Assembly (NCBI GenBank): GCA_046484865.1
Contig: JAWOID010000053.1
Coordinates: 12,422-76,421 of the forward strand
Direction: 5' to 3'
DNA: 64,000 nt
DNA from: Candidatus Krumholzibacteriia bacterium
Lineage (GTDB): Bacteria; Krumholzibacteriota; Krumholzibacteriia; LZORAL124-64-63
The translations under genes and the position numbers were made by a program. Of the stretch, positions 28,671 to 38,126 are shown piece by piece. Each line of letters begins with the position of its first letter. Within the stretch, counting starts at the first letter, position 1. The notes below the pieces were generated by a model. The model worked only from the letters and a program-made list of their open reading frames with translations. It was not told the origin of the DNA and did no database searches.

Positions 28671-28953
28671 GGGTGCTCCTCGCTCCGGGAGAGCTGCAGA
28701 GATGATGCGGGCGGCAGGCCGTGGATCCGCATGCGCCGAGCATGCGACCGGCGCCGAGCCGGTGCCGAGAATAACGGAGATGGCGGGCCGTGAAAAGGCC
28801 TTTCCCCGGCGCGGATCACCGAGACAAAGTAGTGAAATACCGTCCAGATAGCCCGTTCCGGACCTCGCGGGCGTCGAGGTCCGGAACGGATGCGGAGGGT
28901 CGGTCTGCGAGCGCCGCTCGACGCAGGGTGCGCTTCCCTGCGGCCGGCAGCGG

Positions 28954-29619
28954 TCAGCCCTCGAAGAGCGTCTTCAGCTCGGTCCAGGTCGTCCGGTTCA
29001 CGGGCACGTCGCTCTGGCAGAGGTTGGGCTCGCCCGGAGTCGGCGGACAGCCGCTACCCAGCGGCTCGGTGGTACCGCCGTAAGGATTGAGTCCGTCGAA
29101 CAGGACCCACGCGCCGTTCGAGAGGAGCCGGCCGGACGAACGATCGTCCACGGCCTCGTGACCGAGATAGGAGACGGTGTCGATGATCACCAGCTGGTCG
29201 GTCTGCGGTCCCACCACCAGGTGCACGGTGTCGCCGGTGTTGTTCAGGCTCAGCCCCGAGACGCCGTTGCTGGTCTCCGCCTGCCAGCGCAGGGCGTCAC
29301 TGCCGTAGACGACCAGGACCGCGCCCGGAGCGAGGACGCCGGAGAGGCGCATGTGGGGGTCGTCGCCCAGGCCGTCCAGCAGCCAGTAGTTCGTCAGGTC
29401 GACCGGCTCGCTGCCGAGGTTGATCAGTTCCACCCACTCATCGCCGATGGCGGCCACCGTCCCGTCACCGTCCCAGTCGGAGGCGGGATCGGCGAGCACC
29501 TCGTGGATGAGGACCTGGGCCCGGAGAGGCGGGGGTGCGGCGAGGATGCCCGCGACGAGGACGCCGCAGAGCAGGACCGGCGCCAGCACGGCGCGACGAC
29601 GGACATGAACGTGAGACAT
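28954..29619 (-). CDS. Secreted lamin-tail-domain (LTD) protein with C-terminal TW motif
   Basis: Signal peptide, then [43 protein letters not shown]; ends [17 protein letters not shown]. Confidence 0.82.
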   Translation of the reverse strand: MSHVHVRRRAVLAPVLLCGVLVAGILAAPPPLRAQVLIHEVLADPASDWDGDGTVAAIGDEWVELINLGSEPVDLTNYWLLDGLGDDPHMRLSGVLAPGAVLVVYGSDALRWQAETSNGVSGLSLNNTGDTVHLVVGPQTDQLVIIDTVSYLGHEAVDDRSSGRLLSNGAWVLFDGLNPYGGTTEPLGSGCPPTPGEPNLCQSDVPVNRTTWTELKTLFEG

Positions 29620-29841
29620 GGAACGCTCCGTTCCGGGAGGCGTGGCGATGGCGGCCGCCGGCGACCACCGGCGGTCGGACGAGGACGGTGCCGACCGGCA
29701 CCGGGAGGTTCCGCGGCGCCTGCGAGGACCGTGCCACCGGCGGCAGCTCCTCCGATCTCACTGGCGAAGGCCGTCCGGACGTGCGATGCTGATCGCGGTG
29801 GTCCGCGGCGCAGCCGCGGCTGATCGCGAGGGAGAATCACC

Positions 29842-30822
29842 GTGACCCTGCACGTGGGCTTGATCGGGGCGGGAACCCACGGCGAGCGGTACCTGCGCCA
29901 CCTCCGCGACGACGTCGACGGGATGATCCCGGTGGCCCTCTGCCGCCGCGACCCGGAGGCCGGGAGCCGGCTCGCCGGCGAACTCGGAGTGCGTCACCAC
30001 GCGGAGGCGTCCGCGCTCATCTCGAATCCGGGCGTTGACGCCGTGATCGTCACCACTCCTCCTTCCAGCCACTTCCTGCTCGCCAAGCGCGTGCTCGAGG
30101 CGGGCAAGGCCCTGCTGCTCGAGAAGCCCATGACCGCCACGCTGCGGGAGGCGCGTCGCCTGGTGGCGATGGAGTCCACGACCTCGGCGCCGCCCCTCAT
30201 GCTCGCGCAGACCCTGCGCTGGAATCCGGTGGTGCAGCGGGTACGCGAGCTGTGGCCGCGCCTGGGCAAGGTGCACCTGATCCGCCTCGCCCAGCGCCTC
30301 GAACCCACCGACCTGGCCTGGCAGCGGGAACGCACCGAGACGGTGGGCGGCTCGGTGCTCCTGACGGGCGTGCATCTGTTCGACCTCGCGCGGTATCTCA
30401 GCGGGCAGGAGTTCGTGCGCGTGGCCTCCACGCAACGGCGGGTCCTCAACCCGGCGGTCGAGGACCTCTTCCTCGCCCGCGCCGAGGTGGAGGACGGAAC
30501 CTGGATCAGCCTCGAGGTGAGCAAGTACACGCGCAGCCGCGCCGGCTGGCTGGAGGTGGTCGGCGAGCAGGCGCAGATCCATGCCGATTATCTGGACGGC
30601 CGCGTGGAGTTGCTGGTGGGGCGCGAACGCGAGCGCTTCGACGCCGACGCCTCCGCTCCGACCCTCCCGCACGTGCTCGCGGCCTGGCGTGACGCTCTGG
30701 CGACAGGCACGCGACCGCCGGTCACGGCGACGGACGGCCTGCGCACCCTCGAGGTCACCGAGGCGTGCTACCGTTCCTCCCACGCGGGGGGGCAGCCCGT
30801 GCGCATCGCCGATCTCGACTGA
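29842..30822 (+). CDS. Gfo/Idh/MocA family oxidoreductase
   Basis: VGLIGAGTHG, DAVIVTTPP..H, GK.LLLEKPM, GG..L..GVH.FD. Confidence 0.9.
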   Translation: MTLHVGLIGAGTHGERYLRHLRDDVDGMIPVALCRRDPEAGSRLAGELGVRHHAEASALISNPGVDAVIVTTPPSSHFLLAKRVLEAGKALLLEKPMTATLREARRLVAMESTTSAPPLMLAQTLRWNPVVQRVRELWPRLGKVHLIRLAQRLEPTDLAWQRERTETVGGSVLLTGVHLFDLARYLSGQEFVRVASTQRRVLNPAVEDLFLARAEVEDGTWISLEVSKYTRSRAGWLEVVGEQAQIHADYLDGRVELLVGRERERFDADASAPTLPHVLAAWRDALATGTRPPVTATDGLRTLEVTEACYRSSHAGGQPVRIADLD

Positions 30823-30844
30823 GAGCGCGGCCCGGCGCGCGGGG

Positions 30845-32710
30845 TCAGAACGGCCGCGGCCCGATCATCTTCTCCGGCGCGAGCAGGTCGTCGAGCTGCG
30901 CCCGGCTCAGCAGTCCCTTCTCCAGCACCAGATCGTAGACGCCGCGCCCCGTCTCCAGCGCCTCCCGCGCGAGGACGGTGCACGCCTCGTAGCCGAGCAC
31001 GGGGTTGAGCGCCGTGATGAGACCGATGCTCGCCTCCACGTGGCGCCGGCACACGTCGGCGTTGGCCGTGATGCCGTCGATGCAGCGATGCTGCAGCACG
31101 GCCATGCCGTTCTCCAGCATCTCCATCGATTCCAGCAGGCTCTGCACGATCACCGGTTCCATGACGTTCAGCTCCAGCTGTCCCGCCTCGGCGGCCAGCG
31201 TCACGGTGAGATCGTTGCCGATCACCTTGAAGGCGATCTGGTTCACCACCTCCGGGATCACCGGATTCACCTTGCCCGGCATGATGGACGAGCCGGGCTG
31301 CAGCCGCGGCAGGTCGATCTCGTTGAGTCCGGCGCGCGGACCCGAGCTGAGCAGGCGCAGGTCGTTGCAGATCTTCGAGAGCTTCACCGCCAGCCGTTTG
31401 ATGGCGGAGCTGAACATGACGAACGCGCCCGTGTCCTGGGTGGCCTCCACCAGATCCGACGCCAGCCGCACCTCCAGCCCCGCCACCTCGCGCAGGTGAC
31501 GGATCACGGTGTCCGCATAGCGGGGATCGGCGTTGATGCCGGTGCCGATGGCGGTGCCGCCGAGGTTCAGTTCGAGGAAGAGGCGCGCGTTCTCGCTCAG
31601 CCGCTCGATCTCCTCGGCCAGCGTGTGACCCCAGGCGTGAAAGCTCTGGCCGAGCGTCATGGGCACCGCGTCCTGGAGCTGGGTGCGGCCCATCTTGATC
31701 ACGCCGGCGAACTCGTCGCCCTTGCGCTGGAAGGCGAGGACCAGGTCGTGCAGGACGTCGAGCAACGACTCGTTGGCGCGGATCAGCGCGATCTTCAGGG
31801 CGGACGGGTAGACGTCGTTGGTGCTCTGGGCCATGTTCACGTGGCTGTTCGGTGAACAGTGACGATATTCGCCCCGCTCGTGGCCCAGGAGTTCGAGCGC
31901 GCGATTGGCGATGACCTCGTTCGCGTTCATGTTGGTGGAGGTCCCCGCACCGCCCTGTATCATGTCCACCACGAAGTGGTTGTGCCAGCGGCCGGAGACG
32001 ATCTCGCGACAGGCCTGGTCGATGGCGTCGGCCACCGGCGGCTCCAGGTGCCCGAGTTCCCGGTTGGCGCGCGCGGCGGCGAGCTTCACCATGGCGAGGG
32101 CCTCGATGAGCACCGGGAAGTGGTCCAGGCCGATGCCGCTGATCGGGAAGTTCTCGAGCGCGCGCAGGGTCTGGATGCCGTAGTAGAACTCGTGGGGCAC
32201 CTCGCGGTCGCCCAGCAGGTCGTGCTCGGTGCGGGTGCGGCCGGACAGGTACACCGCGCCCGGATGCGAGACGCGGGCGCTGGCCTGACGCATGCGCCGG
32301 GCGATGACCCGGGCCGCCCGCGCCAGCAGCTTAGGCGCCAGTTCGGGCCGCTCGCGCGTGAGCGCGGCGAAGTCGTCGCGGCTCAGCACGTACAGCTCCG
32401 CGTCGGCGACCACCCGCGCGCTGGTGGAGTGCGGGTAGTCGTCCATCAGGGCGCCCTCGCCGAGGAAGTCGCCGGCACCGAAGGCGGCGAGCTTGAGGTC
32501 GCGCCCCAGCGGTCCCGGCTTGTACAGCTCGATCTCGCCGGCGCGCACGAGAAAGAGGTTGCGGCGGGGACTGCTCTCGCTGAACAGCAGGCTGCCCGCC
32601 GGCAGGGACTGCCGCTGGAGCGCACCGACGAGACGCTGCAACTCGTCGGCGGTGAGGTCGCGCAGCAGTTCGATGCGGCCGAGGAACTCCGTGAGATCGC
32701 TGTTGGCCAT
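30845..32710 (-). CDS. aspA: Aspartate ammonia-lyase with N-terminal cNMP-binding (CRP-like) domain
   Basis: RTEHDLLG, YYGIQTLRALENF, QGGAGTSTNMNANEVIAN, QSTNDVYP, GRTQLQDAVP, GSSIMPGKVNPV (AspA-type rather than FumC-type). The first ~140 aa carry the cNMP-fold pattern. GGAGG RBS. Confidence 0.9.
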   Translation of the reverse strand: MANSDLTEFLGRIELLRDLTADELQRLVGALQRQSLPAGSLLFSESSPRRNLFLVRAGEIELYKPGPLGRDLKLAAFGAGDFLGEGALMDDYPHSTSARVVADAELYVLSRDDFAALTRERPELAPKLLARAARVIARRMRQASARVSHPGAVYLSGRTRTEHDLLGDREVPHEFYYGIQTLRALENFPISGIGLDHFPVLIEALAMVKLAAARANRELGHLEPPVADAIDQACREIVSGRWHNHFVVDMIQGGAGTSTNMNANEVIANRALELLGHERGEYRHCSPNSHVNMAQSTNDVYPSALKIALIRANESLLDVLHDLVLAFQRKGDEFAGVIKMGRTQLQDAVPMTLGQSFHAWGHTLAEEIERLSENARLFLELNLGGTAIGTGINADPRYADTVIRHLREVAGLEVRLASDLVEATQDTGAFVMFSSAIKRLAVKLSKICNDLRLLSSGPRAGLNEIDLPRLQPGSSIMPGKVNPVIPEVVNQIAFKVIGNDLTVTLAAEAGQLELNVMEPVIVQSLLESMEMLENGMAVLQHRCIDGITANADVCRRHVEASIGLITALNPVLGYEACTVLAREALETGRGVYDLVLEKGLLSRAQLDDLLAPEKMIGPRPF

Positions 32711-32961
32711 GGTCGCCTCCGCGGGAAACGGCGCCGCCGGCCGGCCGACCGGGCGGCCGGCGGCGGGATCGTGGTGGTGCTCCAAGTTGGTCGTGCGAGG
32801 CGGCGGGAGCAAGGGTCGGCCGCCGTCGCCAGCGAGCAGCTGGCGCAGCAGTTCCTCGGCCAGCACCGGGTCGGCGCGTCCGTCTCGACGGCCTGCGCCG
32901 GGCACCCTATCATCAGGGAAATCCCGTCCGCTGCGCGAACGTCATCGCCGCCGGAGGTCCC

Positions 32962-35211
32962 ATGACGAGAGTCCGCCTCGGCCGCCACCGCAGCCCGGCC
33001 ACCCCGATTGCGCCCCGCCCGTGCGTGATCGGCGCCGCCGCTCGACGCTGCGCCCGGTCGGGGACGGCAACGGCTCTGCTGGCAGCGCTGCTCGCCGCGT
33101 CGACGCCCGCGGTCCGCCCGGCGCCGGCCGGAGCGGCCGAGCTCTCGGTCCACGCCGGCGGAGCGCCCGCCTCCACGGTCCCGCGTCCGGCGCCCCTCTG
33201 CCGCCGGGCGCTCGGCTGGCGCGGCGGACCCGCCGGCCCCGCCGCGAGCGACGACAGCGGCGCCGGCGACCACGCGACGACGCAGCCGGCGACCTATCGC
33301 TTTCCCGCGGCGGACGACCGCGGCTACGACGTCCAGCACTACGACCTGGATCTGGTCATCGATCCGGCACTGCAGCGGGTGGACGGCCGGGTGGCCATCA
33401 CCCTGCAGGCGATCGCTCCGGTGCAGGTGCTGCGCGTGGACCTGGTGGACGAGCTGCCGGCGACGTCGCTGACCTGGAGCGCCGGGGCGGAAGCGCCGCG
33501 GCCGGTGGCGTTCACGCAGGCGGGCGACAGCCTGCGGGCGGAACTCCCGGTGGTGCTGTCCGCCGGCGACCGGGGCGTGCTCACGGTGACGTACGGCGGC
33601 CGGCCGCCGCGGCACGGTCCGTTCCAGGCGGGACTGCTCTTCCGTACCCAGGGCAGCGGGCCGGACGACCCGCAGGCCGCCACGCCGGTGGTGGCGAGCA
33701 TCAGCGAGCCGTACTCGTCCCACGCCTGGTGGCCGTGCAAGGACCATCCCCACGACAAGGCCACCCTCCGTCTCGCCGTCACGGCTCCCGACACGCTCGA
33801 GGCGGTCTCCAACGGCCGGCTCGAGAGCACCGCGCCGGCGTCCCCGGGCGCCCTGCGCTGGACCTGGTCCACCGATCACCCCATCGCCACCTACCTGGTG
33901 TCGGTGGCGATCTCCCGCTACGCGAGCTGGCACCAGCGCTGCGACGGCGCCGGCGTTCCCGTGCCGCTCGACTTCCACGCCTTCCCCGCTGACAGCGCCG
34001 CCGCCGCCGTCGACCTCGCGCCCACCTGCGCCATGATGGAGTTCCTGGCGGGGATCCTCGGTCCCTATCCGTTCGCCGACGAGAAGTACGCCCAGGTCAT
34101 GGTGGTCGCCGGGGTGGCCGGGATGGAGAACCAGACCGCCACCGCGCTGGCACGGTGGATCATCACCGGCGACCGGACCTGGGAGTCGGTGGTGCTGCAC
34201 GAGCTGGCCCACTCCTGGTTCGGCAACAGCATCACGCCGGCGCGCTGGCGCGACGTCTGGCTCAACGAGGGTTTCGCCCGCTACGCCGAGGCGCTCTGGG
34301 TCGAGCATCGCCACGGCGCGGAGGGGTACCGCGCCTTCATGCATGGCATCGGCCCGGCCGCCTGGCCAGACCTCTTCGTCGGCGCGGGCTTGCTGGGAGA
34401 CCCGGCGCCGCCGGTGCTTTCGGCCACCGGCCTGCTGGTCTACGACAAGGGCGCCTGGCTGCTCCACATGCTGCGCGGCCACCTGGGCGACGAGCGATTC
34501 TTCGCCGCCCTGCGCGCGTACGCCGGGGCTCCCGAGCTGCAGGGCGGCAACGCCACCACCTCGGACTTCGTGCGGCTGGCGTCGGCGGCGGCGGGAGAGG
34601 ACGTGGGGCCCTTCCTCGCGCCATGGCTGCAGACTCAGGCCGTTCCCGTGCTCGAGGTGACGCGGCGGCAGACCCGCCGCGACGACGGCACCGAGCTGGC
34701 GATCACGGTGCGCCAGCTCCAGGATCCCATGTTCCCGCTGCGGCTGCCCCTGCGCGTCCACCGGCGCCGCGCCGCGGCCGTCGACAGCACCGTCCTGCTC
34801 ACCGCGCGCGAAACCCGGCTGGTGTGGCAGGTGCCGGGCCGGGTGTCCGCGCTCGAGGTCGATCCCGACGGCTGGGTGTTGCACCGCATCGCCACCGCGC
34901 CGCCGCCCCTGCTGGAACCGCTTCCGGCGGCGCCCAACCCGTGTGCCGGCGGCGCGCTGGACCTGCGCTGGTGGCAGGCCCGCCCCGCGCGCCTCACCCT
35001 CTCCCTGCACGACGCTCGCGGCCGCCGCCTGGCCGGCTGGGATCTGGGCGAGGTGGCCGCCGCGCCCGCCGGCGCGGGCGGTGAGCCGGCGCGGTGGACG
35101 ATCGACCTGGACGGCACCGACCGGCTGCGGCTGGCGTCGGGCGCCTACTGGATGGACCTGCGCGCCGACAGCGGCGAGCACGCCGTGATCGGGTTCACCA
35201 TCCTGCGCTGA
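32962..35211 (+). CDS. Secreted M1-family metalloaminopeptidase with C-terminal FlgD-Ig/T9SS-like domain
   Basis: YDVQHYDLDL, WWPCKDHP.DKA, AGMEN, HELAHSWFG, WLNEGFA.YAE, VYDKGAW.LHMLR; C-terminal PNP...HDARGR...SGAYW. Confidence 0.9.
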   Translation: MTRVRLGRHRSPATPIAPRPCVIGAAARRCARSGTATALLAALLAASTPAVRPAPAGAAELSVHAGGAPASTVPRPAPLCRRALGWRGGPAGPAASDDSGAGDHATTQPATYRFPAADDRGYDVQHYDLDLVIDPALQRVDGRVAITLQAIAPVQVLRVDLVDELPATSLTWSAGAEAPRPVAFTQAGDSLRAELPVVLSAGDRGVLTVTYGGRPPRHGPFQAGLLFRTQGSGPDDPQAATPVVASISEPYSSHAWWPCKDHPHDKATLRLAVTAPDTLEAVSNGRLESTAPASPGALRWTWSTDHPIATYLVSVAISRYASWHQRCDGAGVPVPLDFHAFPADSAAAAVDLAPTCAMMEFLAGILGPYPFADEKYAQVMVVAGVAGMENQTATALARWIITGDRTWESVVLHELAHSWFGNSITPARWRDVWLNEGFARYAEALWVEHRHGAEGYRAFMHGIGPAAWPDLFVGAGLLGDPAPPVLSATGLLVYDKGAWLLHMLRGHLGDERFFAALRAYAGAPELQGGNATTSDFVRLASAAAGEDVGPFLAPWLQTQAVPVLEVTRRQTRRDDGTELAITVRQLQDPMFPLRLPLRVHRRRAAAVDSTVLLTARETRLVWQVPGRVSALEVDPDGWVLHRIATAPPPLLEPLPAAPNPCAGGALDLRWWQARPARLTLSLHDARGRRLAGWDLGEVAAAPAGAGGEPARWTIDLDGTDRLRLASGAYWMDLRADSGEHAVIGFTILR

Positions 35212-35327
35212 TGGATCGTGGCGGCGGAGTCCGCGGCCGCATGCGATCATGGACGTGGGGCGCTGCCGGACTCGCGGACGCTCGGCGCCGGTCCCGCTGC
35301 CGCCGCCGACGTTGCAGGGAGATGACG

Positions 35328-36131
35328 ATGTCGAATGTCGCCCACCATCGTTCCGCCCCCGATCCCGGGTCGCCTGCCGACGCGCCGCCGGTGGCTCTCG
35401 TCACGGGCGGATCGCAGGGGATCGGCAAGGCCGTGACCCTGGCATTCCACGCCCGGGGCCACGCGGTGGTGGTGGCCGACCTGGACGGCCAGGCGGGCAC
35501 GGAGCTGGCGGCCGAGCTGGCGACGGACCGCCTGCTGTTCGTGGCCGCCGACGTCGGCCGCGAGCCGGACGTGCGCGAACTGGTGGCTGCCGCGCTGGCC
35601 CGGTTCGGCCGGCTCGACGTCCTGGTGAACAACGCCGGGATCATGATCCGGAAGTCGCCCGAGGACCTGCTGCTCGAGGAATGGCGGCGGGTGCTCGACA
35701 CGAACCTCACCGGCGCCTTCCTCTGCACCCGGCACGCCCTGCCGCACCTGCGGCGCAGCCGCGGCGCCGTGGTGAACGTGGCATCCACGCGGGCGCTCAT
35801 GTCCGAACCCGACACCGAGGCGTACGCCGCCAGCAAGGGCGGGCTGCTCGCCCTCACCCACGCCCTCGCCCTCAGCTGCGGGCCGGAGGTGCGGGTGAAC
35901 GCCGTCAGCCCCGGCTGGATCGAGGTGAGCGCCTGGCAGAAGCGCAGCCGGCGGCAGGAGCCGGCCCTGCGTCCCGAGGACCACGCTCAGCACCCCGCCG
36001 GCCGGGTGGGAACGCCCGACGACGTGGCGAGGGCCGTCCTCTACCTCTGTGCTCCGGAGAACGGCTTCCTCACCGGCGCCAACCTGGTGCTGGACGGCGG
36101 CATGACCCGCAAGATGATCTACGCCGAGTGA
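35328..36131 (+). CDS. SDR family oxidoreductase
   Basis: TGGSQGIG, NNAG, S, YAASK, VNAVSPGWI, GRVG.PDD. Confidence 0.93.
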   Translation: MSNVAHHRSAPDPGSPADAPPVALVTGGSQGIGKAVTLAFHARGHAVVVADLDGQAGTELAAELATDRLLFVAADVGREPDVRELVAAALARFGRLDVLVNNAGIMIRKSPEDLLLEEWRRVLDTNLTGAFLCTRHALPHLRRSRGAVVNVASTRALMSEPDTEAYAASKGGLLALTHALALSCGPEVRVNAVSPGWIEVSAWQKRSRRQEPALRPEDHAQHPAGRVGTPDDVARAVLYLCAPENGFLTGANLVLDGGMTRKMIYAE

Positions 36132-36173
36132 CGATCGTGGCGGCGAGATCGTGTTCGCGAGCTCGCGGCGCGG

Positions 36174-37946
36174 TCAGCGGACCAGGACGAGCTTGCGGGT
36201 GACGCGGCTCGTCCCGGCGGCGATCCGGACGTGGTAGACGCCGCTGGGCAGAGCGGCGCCGTGGTCGTCGGCGCCGTCCCAGGTCAGCACCCCCGGACCG
36301 GCAGGGCGCGGTTCGGCGGCGAGTTGCCGCACGCGGCGGCCGCGCAGGTCGTGCACGGCGGCCCAGAGCGTGGCGTCCCGGGCCAGCCGGTAGGCGATGG
36401 TGGTGCGGGGATTGGCTGGATTCGGGACGCAGGGATCGACGTCCAGCGGCGGCGGCGGCGAGGGAACGGCGGTCGGAGCGGCGACGCCGATCTTCATGCG
36501 CGCGCTCACGATGCCGGCGGCGACGGCGAACTCCCCCACGACCACTGCGGTCTTCCGGCCGTCGTTGGCGTGACTCGCCGGCAGGCTGCTGTCGTCGAAG
36601 ACGGCGGCGCTGCTGGCGCCGGGCCAGGGATCGCCGGCGTCGCCGCGGTTCAGGATGCCGCTGCCGTGGAGGTTCTCACGCCCGTCCGCCTGCTCCAGCG
36701 CCACCCCGTAGATCGGGCCGTGATTGACGCGGTTGGTCACCAGGTTGGCGGCGATCACCTCCTCGTCCACGTGCCAGATGAGCAGCCCGGCGCCCGGCAG
36801 ATCAGCATCGTCGCCGAGGCGCTGCCGGTTCTCCACCAGGAAGGACTCGGTATCCCTGGACGCCGGGTCCTGCAGGAGCACCGCCTCCGGGACCTCGGCC
36901 ACCGGCGCCAGCGCCTGCACGCCGTCCTCGGTCACCCGCCGCGGCTCGAGCCACCCGACGACGGCGCGACTCCACGCGCACGGCGCCACCGGCCGTGCAG
37001 GGTGCGCACCGTCGCCACCCCACGAGCCGTGGCCCATCAGGCCCCAGTAGCCGATGCCGTGGCCGTCGAGGCCGTCGGGGTCGTAGAGATCGGGCAGTCC
37101 GAGCGCATGCCCGTACTCGTGGCAGAACACGCCGATCTCCACCAGGCGCGGCTTCGCCTCGCAGGACAGCTCCGGCTGCAGCGTGTAGTCGTCCACCCGC
37201 AGGTACTCTCCCGGCCGCCCGGTGCGGGGAACCTTCGTGACGTAGCTGCCGTCGCCCCAGCCCGCGAGGTGGTAGCTGTGGCTCCACAGGTAGCCGTTGC
37301 CGCCGCACTCGCCGCCTCGGCCCGCGTGCACGACCATCACGAGATCCACGTACCCGTCGTCGTCGCCGCTGTTGGCGACGCCGTCGGGACCGTCGTTGTC
37401 GAACGCACCCCACTCGAAGCCGGCGGCATCCGCCAGGGCCACAGTCTCGCGGACGAAGTCGCCGGCATGGCAGGCCGCGAAGATGTCCAGACCGTTGCTC
37501 GTCCCCTCGTAGCTGGTCGCCGGTCGGGCCGCACGGTACCAGCCGCGAACCGCTCCGACCACCTCCAGACGGCCGTAAGACACCCGGTCGAAGTACGCGG
37601 CGAAGGTCGCGTCGTCCGGGCCGAAGAGCGTCGCCGCGAACGCGAGCGGCTGCTGGGTGCCCGATCGGTCGGGAAAGTCGCCGAGCAGGACCGGAACCGC
37701 CTGGCGTCCCGCGGCGCGCAGGCCCGCCGACTTGTCGCCGCGGGCGAGTCCGCCCGCGAGGACCTCCTGCAGGTCCACGCGCGGCCGTTCGACGCGGCCC
37801 ACCCCGCGCAGGAGCGCGGTCCGCACCGCCGGCGGCACCGGCCCGCCGCCACGCGGCGGCGGCACCGCGTCGGACGGCACCGGCGGCAGCAGCACGGCGA
37901 CGACCGCGAGCGCCAGCGTGCAAAGTGACCGCCGCGACGGTTGCAC
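36174..37946 (-). CDS. Secreted M6-family metalloprotease (immune inhibitor A-like) with C-terminal FlgD-Ig/T9SS-like domain
   Basis: Signal peptide, YFDRVSYG, DGYVD..MVVHAG.G.E, WSH, IGVFCHEYGHALGLPDLYD, W.LMG.GSW, FLVENRQ, GLLIWHVDE. Confidence 0.9.
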   Translation of the reverse strand: MQPSRRSLCTLALAVVAVLLPPVPSDAVPPPRGGGPVPPAVRTALLRGVGRVERPRVDLQEVLAGGLARGDKSAGLRAAGRQAVPVLLGDFPDRSGTQQPLAFAATLFGPDDATFAAYFDRVSYGRLEVVGAVRGWYRAARPATSYEGTSNGLDIFAACHAGDFVRETVALADAAGFEWGAFDNDGPDGVANSGDDDGYVDLVMVVHAGRGGECGGNGYLWSHSYHLAGWGDGSYVTKVPRTGRPGEYLRVDDYTLQPELSCEAKPRLVEIGVFCHEYGHALGLPDLYDPDGLDGHGIGYWGLMGHGSWGGDGAHPARPVAPCAWSRAVVGWLEPRRVTEDGVQALAPVAEVPEAVLLQDPASRDTESFLVENRQRLGDDADLPGAGLLIWHVDEEVIAANLVTNRVNHGPIYGVALEQADGRENLHGSGILNRGDAGDPWPGASSAAVFDDSSLPASHANDGRKTAVVVGEFAVAAGIVSARMKIGVAAPTAVPSPPPPLDVDPCVPNPANPRTTIAYRLARDATLWAAVHDLRGRRVRQLAAEPRPAGPGVLTWDGADDHGAALPSGVYHVRIAAGTSRVTRKLVLVR

Positions 37947-37980
37947 CGTTTTCTCCTGTCAGACCAGCAAACGACATTCA

Positions 37981-37999
37981 TTGCTCGACTTGCGAGCAA
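37981..37999. promoter_or_regulatory. 7-5-7 inverted repeat upstream of the M6 protease (possible operator)
   Basis: TTGCTCG-acttg-CGAGCAA, 35-53 bp upstream of the start. Confidence 0.3.
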
Positions 38000-38126
38000 G
38001 ACGAAGCACGCCGACACAGGCAGCCTGCACGGCCGGCAGACGGCGGCTCCACCAGCTTGCAGGGGCCGTACCAGTGCGCAGAGCACGTTCTCGCCGGCAT
38101 GACCGATGGGATGGAATCGCCGGGAT

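Noticed and set aside
25431..28793. 1120-aa plus-strand ORF, and similar long ORFs at 3677-6823, 47514-50201 and 61658-63919
   Set aside because: Each mirrors well-supported minus-strand genes and has the His/Val/Arg-rich composition typical of antisense frames.
30845..32710. Class II fumarase (fumC) call for the lyase domain
   Set aside because: QGGAGTS, QSTND and GRTQLQDA match AspA, whereas FumC typically has QTGSGT, QSSND and GRTH.
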